Made by a program: the position numbers and the translations under genes
Assembly: GCF_001997385.1 (NCBI RefSeq)
Contig: NZ_CP019633.1
Span: 660,001 to 692,000 of the forward strand
DNA length: 32,000 bases
Direction of reading: 5' to 3'
Source of the DNA: Sedimentisphaera cyanobacteriorum
GTDB taxonomy: Bacteria > Planctomycetota > Phycisphaerae > Sedimentisphaerales > Sedimentisphaeraceae
The notes under the pieces: generated by a model
Told to the model about the DNA's origin: nothing
Seen by the model: only the letters and a program-made list of their open reading frames with translations
Databases searched by the model: none
Shown: positions 25,125 through 32,000 of the stretch, piece after piece
Layout: every line of letters starts with the position of its first letter
Numbering within the stretch: the first letter of the stretch is position 1

Positions 25125-26399
25125 ATGAATGAAATAGAAAACAAAAACCCTGAAAATCAGCAGGATATTACAGCCGACATGGATTCAGGCAGCAAAGCAC
25201 TTGCAGATGCGCTGAAACTGAGCTTTGCTGTTTTGAAGCTTATAATGATTGTGCTCATAATCCTGTTCTTTGCTTCGGGTGTTTATACAGTAGAAAAGAA
25301 TGAAAAGGCAATAGTTCTTCGTTTAGGGAAGGTTGTTCGTGATGCCTCAGGAACTTCCCTTAAAGAGCCCGGACTTCACTGGGCGCTTCCTTACCCGATT
25401 GATGAGATTGTTAAAATACCCGTAACTGCCACACAGAAGCTTGAAATCGATGATTTCTGGTATTTCGATCCTGAACAGGGCAGCAGGCCAGGACAAACTC
25501 TCAATCCGATAAGAGACGGCTACTGCCTCACACGCAATGAAGAGGTTCAGGGCTATGAAGACCAGCTCGCAACCGACTACAACATCGTGCACTGCAAATG
25601 GCAGCTCAACTGGACTATTGAAGACGACCCTTACGCATTCTTTAGAAACGTGAAGGTTCGCTCGGTTAGGCCTGGAGAGCTTTACAGAGATGTGATTTCT
25701 GAAAGCGTTGAGCCTCTGCTTACGACTGTTGCAGATGACGCAATAGTGCGAACGCTGGCAAAATACAGCATCGATCAGGCGGTTACAACATCAAAATCGA
25801 ATATCACAAGGGAAGTTACTGCTCGAGTTCAGAAAAGGCTCCGAGAGCTTTCAACAGGTATAAGAGTTCGCGATATGCAGATACTCAAAATAACCTGGCC
25901 GCGTCAGGTTGACCAGGCCTTCCTTGCTTCAATAAAGGCCGGCCAGAACCGCAGCAGCATTGAAACCGAAGCCTGGACTTACTACGAGAAAACACTCAAT
26001 GAAGCGGGCGGCCCGAGAGCGGAAGAATCGCTGAAGGTCCTTCTTGATGAGAGCTCCACAGAGGCTGAAATCCGCAGGGCTTATTCAGACCTTACTGGTC
26101 AGGCCAGCAAGAATCTCAGCGAGGCACGGTCTTACAAGACTAAGGTTATAGAAACCGCCAAGGCAAACGCTAACTACCTCAGTCAGCTGCTCCCTGAATA
26201 CCGAAAGAGGCCTGAGCTTGTGATAGAAAGAATCTATCAGGATAATATGGAACAAATATTGGACACTGTTGACGAAAAGATTATCGTACAGCCCGCTAAA
26301 CAGGGCAAAGACAGAGAATTCAGGGTACTGATTAGCAGAAACCCCTCGATTAAAGATAAAAAAAGCGGCAGTGATGAAAACCAGAATGGCAATCAGTAA
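25125..26399 (+). CDS. SPFH/band-7 protein, HflK-like (second HflK-type paralog)
   Basis: The ATG at 25125 has GGAG 8 nt upstream; the track's 25122 is a TTG one codon earlier. A polar N-terminus and one TM (LKLIMIVLIILFFASGVY) precede TVEKNEKAIVLRLGKV...PGLHWALPYPIDEIVKIP...DYNIVHCKWQLNWTIEDDPYAFFRNV, followed by a helical C-terminus. Confidence 0.75.
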   Translation: MNEIENKNPENQQDITADMDSGSKALADALKLSFAVLKLIMIVLIILFFASGVYTVEKNEKAIVLRLGKVVRDASGTSLKEPGLHWALPYPIDEIVKIPVTATQKLEIDDFWYFDPEQGSRPGQTLNPIRDGYCLTRNEEVQGYEDQLATDYNIVHCKWQLNWTIEDDPYAFFRNVKVRSVRPGELYRDVISESVEPLLTTVADDAIVRTLAKYSIDQAVTTSKSNITREVTARVQKRLRELSTGIRVRDMQILKITWPRQVDQAFLASIKAGQNRSSIETEAWTYYEKTLNEAGGPRAEESLKVLLDESSTEAEIRRAYSDLTGQASKNLSEARSYKTKVIETAKANANYLSQLLPEYRKRPELVIERIYQDNMEQILDTVDEKIIVQPAKQGKDREFRVLISRNPSIKDKKSGSDENQNGNQ

Positions 26400-26419
26400 T
26401 AAATAAGGCGCAATCTACA

Positions 26420-28414
26420 ATGGCACATGACCACCTTCATATAGAACAATTAGAGTTTGAAAGTCAGGACGGGCTCAAGGAAGCCGGAAGGGTTCGCAGA
26501 GTGAGCCTTGCACTGATTGCTACCTTGGCCGGCGGAGTGCTGCTGCTGAACAGCTATCTCAGCGGTCTGCCTTTCCTTTACGGTGCAGACAGCCCGGTTG
26601 TTGAACTCAGTGCAATGTTCGGCGCAATTCTGCTCGGTCTTCCTGTGATAATACATTCAGTGAAAAATATCATCAAAGGCCATATGCATATGGATGAGCT
26701 TGTTGCGCTTGCGATTATTGCTGCATTTGCAACAGGCCAGTATAAAGAGGCCGGTATCGTATCTTTCTTCCTGCTTCTGAGCGAACTGATGGAAACGAGA
26801 ACCGCTCTTGGAGCAAGAGCCTCAATCGAATCTCTGATAAAGCTTACGCCCAAGAGAGCGGTAAAGTTAGAATCAGACGGAAACGAGAAGGAAGTTAAGG
26901 TTTCTGAGCTCAGCAAGGATGATGTAATACGAATCCGCCCGGGTGATAATGTAGCGGCAGATGGAGAAGTGATATCAGGCCTTACAAGCATAAACGAGGC
27001 CACTATCACAGGTGAGTCTCTGCCTGTGGACAAAGTGCCCGGGATGCAGGTTTTTGCAGGTACAACAAACCTTACCGGCGGAATTGATGTTAAGGTTACC
27101 AAGGTAGGCTCCCAGACAACTCTCGGCAAGGTGCAGGAGCTGATAATGCAGGCCGAGAAAACCAAAATCCCTATTATGAGGATTATGGATAAATACATAA
27201 AGTGGTATATCCCAACGATCCTTATGATAGCAGCAATCGCTTGGTTTTTCACAAAACACCTCGACAGGTCTATAGCGGTTCTTGTTGTATCCTGTCCTTG
27301 TGCTCTTATTCTCGCCACGCCTACTGCTATGGTGGCAGCAATATCGGCCGCAGCGAGGCTCGGTATATTTGTCAAAAATGTTGCCGATCTGGAAATTGCC
27401 GGAAAACTCAGTTCAATGGTGTTTGATAAAACAGGAACATTGACCACTGGCCGGCTCTATGTAACAAAGCTCGAACCCGCTGAAGGGGTGGAACCGGCAG
27501 ACCTGCTTCGAACAGCAGCATCTGCTGAAAAAATGAGCAAGCACCCGGCAGCAAGAGCTTTGATGGGGCTTGCTAAAGAGGCCAACGTCTCTCTGCAGGA
27601 AAGCGAGAACTTTGAAGAAGTTCCCGGCAAGGGCGTTCAGGCAGCTGTTGAGGGAAGCAAGGTGCTTATTGGAAGAGACAGCTTCCTCAAAGACAGCAGC
27701 ATCGATCTTTCTGCTGTATCTGATCCGGCTCTTCACGAAGAAGAAGGCTTCAGCACCCTTTACATAGCGAAAGACGGGGTTTGCATGGGCTGGATTGGTA
27801 TGCAGGATAAAACAAGGCCTGAGGCCAGAGAGGCTGTAAAGAAGCTGCTCGATTCAGGGCTCAAAAGAATCACTATGCTTACAGGCGACCGTAAGGAAGT
27901 TGCCAACAGGGTAGCATCGGAGCTTGGCTGTACCGATTTCAGGGCAAGCTGCCTGCCGCAGGACAAGCTCTCAATCGTTAGGAAAATCAGAGATGAGGGC
28001 CACGTTGTGGCGGTAATCGGAGATGGAATCAATGATGCCCCTGCTCTTGCTGAAGGCGATTTGGGGATCGCAATGGGAGCAGCAGGCAGTGATGTGGCTA
28101 TCAGTTCAGCATCTATAGCCCTGATGAACAACGACCTTGAAAGGCTTCCATTTCTGGTGAATCTGTCAAGAAAAACAAGAACAGTTATCACTCAGAACCT
28201 GCTTTTCGGGAGTCTGTTTATTGTTATAGGCATTGCTCTTACCCTTTCAGGCATTGTTTCAGCAGCGCTTGCAGCCCCGCTTCATTTTGTCGGTTCACTT
28301 TTTGTAATTTTCAACAGTGCCCGCTTAGTACGCTACGGCGAATACTTTGACACACACGAAGCTGTTATAGCACGTGATAAAATTACTGATGCGGGAGAAA
28401 AAAATAATGAATAA
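26420..28414 (+). CDS. Heavy-metal-translocating P-type ATPase (P1B class), lacking an N-terminal HMA metal-binding domain
   Basis: 664 aa with an ATG start. Motifs are TGES (ITGESLPV), the transmembrane CPC (VVSCPCALILATP), the phosphorylation site DKTGTLT, the hinge GDGINDAPALA, and MLTGD. The N-terminus begins MAHDHLHIEQ (short His cluster) and runs straight into TM helices. Confidence 0.9.
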   Translation: MAHDHLHIEQLEFESQDGLKEAGRVRRVSLALIATLAGGVLLLNSYLSGLPFLYGADSPVVELSAMFGAILLGLPVIIHSVKNIIKGHMHMDELVALAIIAAFATGQYKEAGIVSFFLLLSELMETRTALGARASIESLIKLTPKRAVKLESDGNEKEVKVSELSKDDVIRIRPGDNVAADGEVISGLTSINEATITGESLPVDKVPGMQVFAGTTNLTGGIDVKVTKVGSQTTLGKVQELIMQAEKTKIPIMRIMDKYIKWYIPTILMIAAIAWFFTKHLDRSIAVLVVSCPCALILATPTAMVAAISAAARLGIFVKNVADLEIAGKLSSMVFDKTGTLTTGRLYVTKLEPAEGVEPADLLRTAASAEKMSKHPAARALMGLAKEANVSLQESENFEEVPGKGVQAAVEGSKVLIGRDSFLKDSSIDLSAVSDPALHEEEGFSTLYIAKDGVCMGWIGMQDKTRPEAREAVKKLLDSGLKRITMLTGDRKEVANRVASELGCTDFRASCLPQDKLSIVRKIRDEGHVVAVIGDGINDAPALAEGDLGIAMGAAGSDVAISSASIALMNNDLERLPFLVNLSRKTRTVITQNLLFGSLFIVIGIALTLSGIVSAALAAPLHFVGSLFVIFNSARLVRYGEYFDTHEAVIARDKITDAGEKNNE

Positions 28415-28448
28415 TCACACTTGCTCTAATTTGTGATGAGGGGTAATT

Positions 28449-29642
28449 TTGAGTGAACAATATGCAATAGAAACAATCTCTCTTACCAAGGCCTTTAAGG
28501 ACTGGTGGGGCAGAACAAAGGTTCTTGCAGTGGACGATTTAAACCTCAAGATAAAACGCAATGAGGTTTACGGACTGCTCGGCCCGAATGGCTCTGGCAA
28601 GAGCACAACGATAAAAGTTCTCCTTTCTCTGCTTCATCCGACAAAGGGAAAATCTTTCATACTCGGGGCAGACAGCAGGGAGAAACGTGTTGCAGAGCGT
28701 ATAGGGTTTCTTCCCGAAGAGTCTTATCTGTACAAGTATCTTTCTGCCAAAGAAACTTTGAAATTTTACGGGAATCTCTTCGGGATACCCTCAAAAGTTC
28801 TCAATATGCGTATTGAATCTCTGCTTGATATGGTAGGCCTTTCGGCAGTTGCCAACAGGCCTATAGGGACATTTTCAAAGGGTATGCAGAGAAGGATAGG
28901 GCTCGCTCAGGCCCTTGTAAACGACCCTGATGTTTTGATTCTTGATGAGCCGACATCCGGTCTGGATCCAATAGGCACAAGACAGATCAAAGATTTGATT
29001 AAGAAGCTCGCAGAACGCGGGAAAACCGTTCTTATGTGCAGCCATTTGCTCGCTGATGTAGAAGACGTTTGCGACAGAATCTGCGTTCTCTACGGCGGAA
29101 GAGTGCAGTGTGAAGGCAGCGTTAAAGATCTTCTCCGCCAGACAGGCAAGAAGCAGATTATAGCTGAAAATATTCAGGAAGATGCCTTGGAGAAGGCGTG
29201 CAGCGTGATTCAGCAGGCCGGCGGGGCCTGCGAGGTGAGCTCACCCCAGTTCCGTCTTGAAGACCTGTTTATTCAGGTTGTAGAGAAGGCGCAGAAGGAA
29301 AAAATTGCTACAGGAGGGGCATACAGCACCGGTAAAATCGGAAGCTTCCTTGGAGAAGAGCAGCAGGAAGATAAAACTGAAAAAGTGCTTGACGAGCTTG
29401 TCTCGGCAGATGTTTCAAAGAAGGAAGAAACCGAAAAAACCCGTCCTGAGCCGGAAACACAGCCGGCAGAGCATGAGGAGGACAAGAAGGTGTTAAGCGA
29501 GCTTGTTAAGGAAGAAGATTCGAATGAAGAAAAGGCCGAAAGCGGCGAGGACGAACTCACTCCTGCCAAAGAAGAAAAGAAAAAGCAGGAGCCGGTAAAA
29601 GATGATGTTTTGAAGGATTTGATGGGGGATGATGATGCGTAA
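28449..29642 (+). CDS. ABC transporter ATP-binding protein (ABC-2 subfamily type) with a ~95-aa acidic/lysine-rich C-terminal extension
   Basis: The TTG start has a strong GAGGGG 5 nt upstream, and no in-frame ATG lies nearby. Motifs are Walker A GPNGSGKST, Q-loop, signature FSKGMQRR, Walker B VLILDEPTSGLD and H-loop CSHLL. The tail from about aa 303 is E/K/D-rich. Confidence 0.9.
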   Translation: MSEQYAIETISLTKAFKDWWGRTKVLAVDDLNLKIKRNEVYGLLGPNGSGKSTTIKVLLSLLHPTKGKSFILGADSREKRVAERIGFLPEESYLYKYLSAKETLKFYGNLFGIPSKVLNMRIESLLDMVGLSAVANRPIGTFSKGMQRRIGLAQALVNDPDVLILDEPTSGLDPIGTRQIKDLIKKLAERGKTVLMCSHLLADVEDVCDRICVLYGGRVQCEGSVKDLLRQTGKKQIIAENIQEDALEKACSVIQQAGGACEVSSPQFRLEDLFIQVVEKAQKEKIATGGAYSTGKIGSFLGEEQQEDKTEKVLDELVSADVSKKEETEKTRPEPETQPAEHEEDKKVLSELVKEEDSNEEKAESGEDELTPAKEEKKKQEPVKDDVLKDLMGDDDA

Positions 29643-31005
29643 TATTCGCATTATTGCTCTTAACACCTTTTCGCAGCTTATAAGGATGAAGGTGGCGGTA
29701 ATTGTTATCCTCCTGCTGCTTGCCCTTATCCCGTTTATGGCTGTGCAGGCGGTCGGAGACGGTACGCTGCTCGGTAAGCTTCAAACCTTCTCGAGCTACG
29801 GGGTCTCGCTTGTGAGCCTTCTTTTATGTATGCTCACTATTACCCTGTCGTGCTACGCTCTTTCAAGCGATATCAAAAATAAGCAGATATTCAGTATTGC
29901 AACAAAGCCTGTTCAGAGATATGAGATTCTCCTCGGCAAATTTGGCGGCGTTATGTTTGTGAATCTGCTGTTTTTAGCGGTATTCGGAAGCATTTTATAT
30001 TTCCTTACGGTGAGCCTGCCGAAATATACTGAGACTGATTCGCAGGAGCTGCAGCAGGTTGAAGACGAGTTCTTCAATGCAAGAACCGGTATTACTCCCG
30101 AAATTGATGAGGTTAGCTTCCGCGAGGAAGCCAGAAAAGAGTATTCCCGCCTTCGAAGCGAAGGGCAGGTACCGCAGGATAAAACTATGCGGGAATACAT
30201 AAATGAGTATGTTAATCAGAAAAAGTATCAGGCGGTTTCTGTAGCGGCTGGAGAAATGAAAGACTGGACTTTCAAGGATCTCAAACCGCAGGACAAACAA
30301 AACGGCTTTATATATCTTAGATTTAAGTATGAAGCTTCTACGCCGCCGCCGGATAATATGATTGCCGGCAGATGGCTGATCGGCGATAAACGCCAGCTGG
30401 AACAGGCCAAAAAAACGCAAACTCCGATTTATGACAGCTATGTAAGGAAAGATGCTGTCAAAACGTTCCACGAGATCAAAATCCCCGCTGCTGTTGTTCC
30501 CGAAGACGGACAGCTGACTGTGGAATTTCAGAATTTGTATTTCAATAATACAACCGTGATACCGAGGGAGATCGAACTGCTCTATAAATCCGGGTCTTTC
30601 GGTATGAACTACTTCAAAGCCAATTTACTGATTTTGATACGTCTGGTCTTCCTCACGGCAATGGGAGTCTTTCTGACTACTTGGCTGTCTTTCCCAGTGG
30701 CGATATTTGTTTCTCTTGTCGTGTATTTTACCGGAATGGTAAACGGCTTTATCGTAGGGGCGATAGATTCGCTCACTCAGGGAATAGGGCTTATCTATAT
30801 GTTCACTGTTAAGCCTCTGCTTCATCTTCTGCCCAGTTTCGATGGAGAAAGCAATCCTTCAGGCAAGATACTTTCTGCCCGTATGATAGGCTCTCTTTTC
30901 CTTTTGGAAAAGACAGGCATAACGATAATTCTCAAGTCCGGAGGGCTTTTAGCCGCCGGTGCACTTGTATTCAACAGACGCGAGCTTGCTAAAGTAACCG
31001 TGTAA
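29629..31005 (+). CDS. ABC-2 family permease with a ~200-aa extracytoplasmic insertion
   Basis: 458 aa. Three consecutive ATGs (29629-29637) overlap the ATPase stop (29640-29642). It has the N-terminus RIIALNTFSQLIRMKVAVIVILLLL, the conserved block SSDIKNKQIFSIATKPVQRYEILLGKF, and a large polar loop (about aa 130-330) before the C-terminal TM bundle. It ends FNRRELAKVTV, similar to the 20878-21843 product. Confidence 0.65.
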   Translation: MMMRNIRIIALNTFSQLIRMKVAVIVILLLLALIPFMAVQAVGDGTLLGKLQTFSSYGVSLVSLLLCMLTITLSCYALSSDIKNKQIFSIATKPVQRYEILLGKFGGVMFVNLLFLAVFGSILYFLTVSLPKYTETDSQELQQVEDEFFNARTGITPEIDEVSFREEARKEYSRLRSEGQVPQDKTMREYINEYVNQKKYQAVSVAAGEMKDWTFKDLKPQDKQNGFIYLRFKYEASTPPPDNMIAGRWLIGDKRQLEQAKKTQTPIYDSYVRKDAVKTFHEIKIPAAVVPEDGQLTVEFQNLYFNNTTVIPREIELLYKSGSFGMNYFKANLLILIRLVFLTAMGVFLTTWLSFPVAIFVSLVVYFTGMVNGFIVGAIDSLTQGIGLIYMFTVKPLLHLLPSFDGESNPSGKILSARMIGSLFLLEKTGITIILKSGGLLAAGALVFNRRELAKVTV

Positions 31006-31012
31006 GGTTTTT

Positions 31013-32000
31013 ATGGCATATAAAAATATAATCATAACTATAATGCTTTTTGCAGTGGGATGCAGCATACTCTTTACATCCTCTCTGCAGTTAGACGATT
31101 TAAATAAATCACGCAAAGACCTTGACCTTGTGGCCAATAAGCCGCTCGAGAATGCGCCTCCTGCCCTTGCCTTCGCAACCGTAGCGATGGGAGCTTTTCG
31201 CGGGCTTGTTGTTGACATACTGTGGATGAGGGCGGATTCCCTAAAAGAAGAAGGCAAGTTTTTCGATGCAAAGCAGCTTGCTGAATGGATTACCGTCCTT
31301 CAGCCCCGCTTCAGCGCTGTATGGGATTTTCAGTCTTGGAATATGGCCTACAATATATCCGTGGCAATGCCTCCTTCCCAGCCTGAGGAGAGATGGAAAT
31401 GGGTGCGGAACGGATACGAGCTTCTAAGGGATAAGGGAATACCGCGGAATCCCAATTCTATCATACTATACAGATCGCTTGCGTGGATATTCCAGCACAA
31501 GATCAGCGGGGTAACTGATGATGTGCATAAATACTACAAGATTCAGCTTGCATTATCGATGCGTCCTTTGATATCTCCTTTAACTAATGAGCATTTCGAA
31601 AAGCTTTCGAATGCCCCTGAGACGCTTTCGCAGCTTACCGAATCGGATGAGTCCGCAGCTGAGCTTGTATCTAAGATGAGGGAATTTGCGCCGGATGTTT
31701 TCAGCGAAGAACTAACGGATTTGGAATTTGCAGGTGTATTCTTTGCTCTTCTTGATTCGGCAGGCGAGGGATACCCCGACCAGCTTGTTGAATTTGTAAG
31801 GGCGGAGATTGAAAGCCAGAGGTTTGAAAAACTGCGTAATTTCTGTCAGGCCTGCAAGCTGAGGCAGGAGTGGAAGTTCGATATAGACCTTATGAAAAAA
31901 GTCAATAAACGTTACGGCCCCGTTGATCTGAAAACAGGCGACAGGCTCCCTCTAAACTGGGAACACCCCGATGCCCATGCAATCTTCTGGGCTGAAAAGG
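31013..32000 (+). CDS. Putative lipoprotein of unknown function, 3'-truncated by the window edge and last visible gene of the SPFH/transporter operon
   Basis: This ORF is not in the track because it has no stop in the window. I translated it by hand from the ATG at 31013: MAYKNIIITIMLFAVGCSILF...AMGAFRGLVVDILWMRADSLKEEGKFFDAKQLAEWITVLQPRFSAVWDFQSWNMAYNISV... The frame is open through base 32000. It has a lipobox-like FAVGC and AAGG 7 nt upstream, and starts 7 nt after the permease stop. Confidence 0.6.
   Translation, partial: MAYKNIIITIMLFAVGCSILFTSSLQLDDLNKSRKDLDLVANKPLENAPPALAFATVAMGAFRGLVVDILWMRADSLKEEGKFFDAKQLAEWITVLQPRFSAVWDFQSWNMAYNISVAMPPSQPEERWKWVRNGYELLRDKGIPRNPNSIILYRSLAWIFQHKISGVTDDVHKYYKIQLALSMRPLISPLTNEHFEKLSNAPETLSQLTESDESAAELVSKMREFAPDVFSEELTDLEFAGVFFALLDSAGEGYPDQLVEFVRAEIESQRFEKLRNFCQACKLRQEWKFDIDLMKKVNKRYGPVDLKTGDRLPLNWEHPDAHAIFWAEK

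Noticed and set aside
26578-27447. A 289-aa ORF antisense to the P-type ATPase gene
   Set aside because: The + strand frame carries unmistakable P-type ATPase motifs (TGES, CPC, DKTGTLT). The antisense translation is low-complexity (S/A/I/T-rich) with no motif and no SD. It is a typical shadow ORF.
28414-28437. A small hairpin (atcaca / tgtgat, 12-nt loop) between the P-type ATPase and the ABC ATPase genes
   Set aside because: It has only a 6-bp A/T-rich stem with no following U-tract, and it runs directly into the GAGGGG SD of the next gene. I do not consider it a terminator. It could be a minor mRNA structure.
1-32000. A search for CRISPR repeats, IS or transposon ends, integrases, toxin-antitoxin pairs, restriction-modification or other known defence genes, and rRNA
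   Set aside because: Reading both strands, I found no regularly spaced direct repeats, no terminal inverted repeats with transposase-like ORFs, and no defence-type domains. The only RNA gene I can support is tRNA-Gly.

Overview
This window looks like a gene-dense, chromosomal core-type region of a bacterium. I saw no integrase, transposase, CRISPR array, rRNA or obvious prophage or defence signature. From gene content I guess an anaerobic PVC/Planctomycetota-like organism, but this is inference only.

I support 26 protein-coding genes, two of them cut by the window edges, plus one tRNA-Gly(GCC) and four rho-independent terminator hairpins checked base by base.

- **Housekeeping genes I recognise:** adhE (3' part), galE, mnmE, tig, tkt, purQ and tgt. 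There is also an MscS-family channel, a SpoIID-domain protein and a eukaryote-type UDP-sugar pyrophosphorylase.
- **Main candidate for an undescribed system (22069 to beyond 32000, + strand):** seven tightly packed genes encode three SPFH/band-7 (HflK/HflC-like) paralogs, the first fused to a ~300-aa polytopic membrane domain. They are followed by a P1B-type ATPase with no N-terminal metal-binding domain, an ABC ATPase with an acidic repeat-bearing tail, an ABC-2 permease with a large extracytoplasmic loop, and a conserved-looking lipoprotein. A second, ATPase-less ABC-2 permease paralog is transcribed divergently from the same AT-rich intergenic region.
- **Other observations worth a second look:** a TPR protein ending in two tandem RNA-polymerase alpha-CTD-like domains, and a short glucose-6-phosphate-isomerase-like ORF whose catalytic and phosphate-binding motifs appear degenerate. 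There is also a three-gene secreted coiled-coil / MscS / DUF481 outer-membrane barrel unit.

The supplied ORF track reports the longest ORFs, and many of them open with TTG. Where an in-frame ATG or TTG with a better Shine-Dalgarno sequence and a more typical N-terminus exists, I used that start and say so. All homology statements come from motif recognition by eye, not from database searches.
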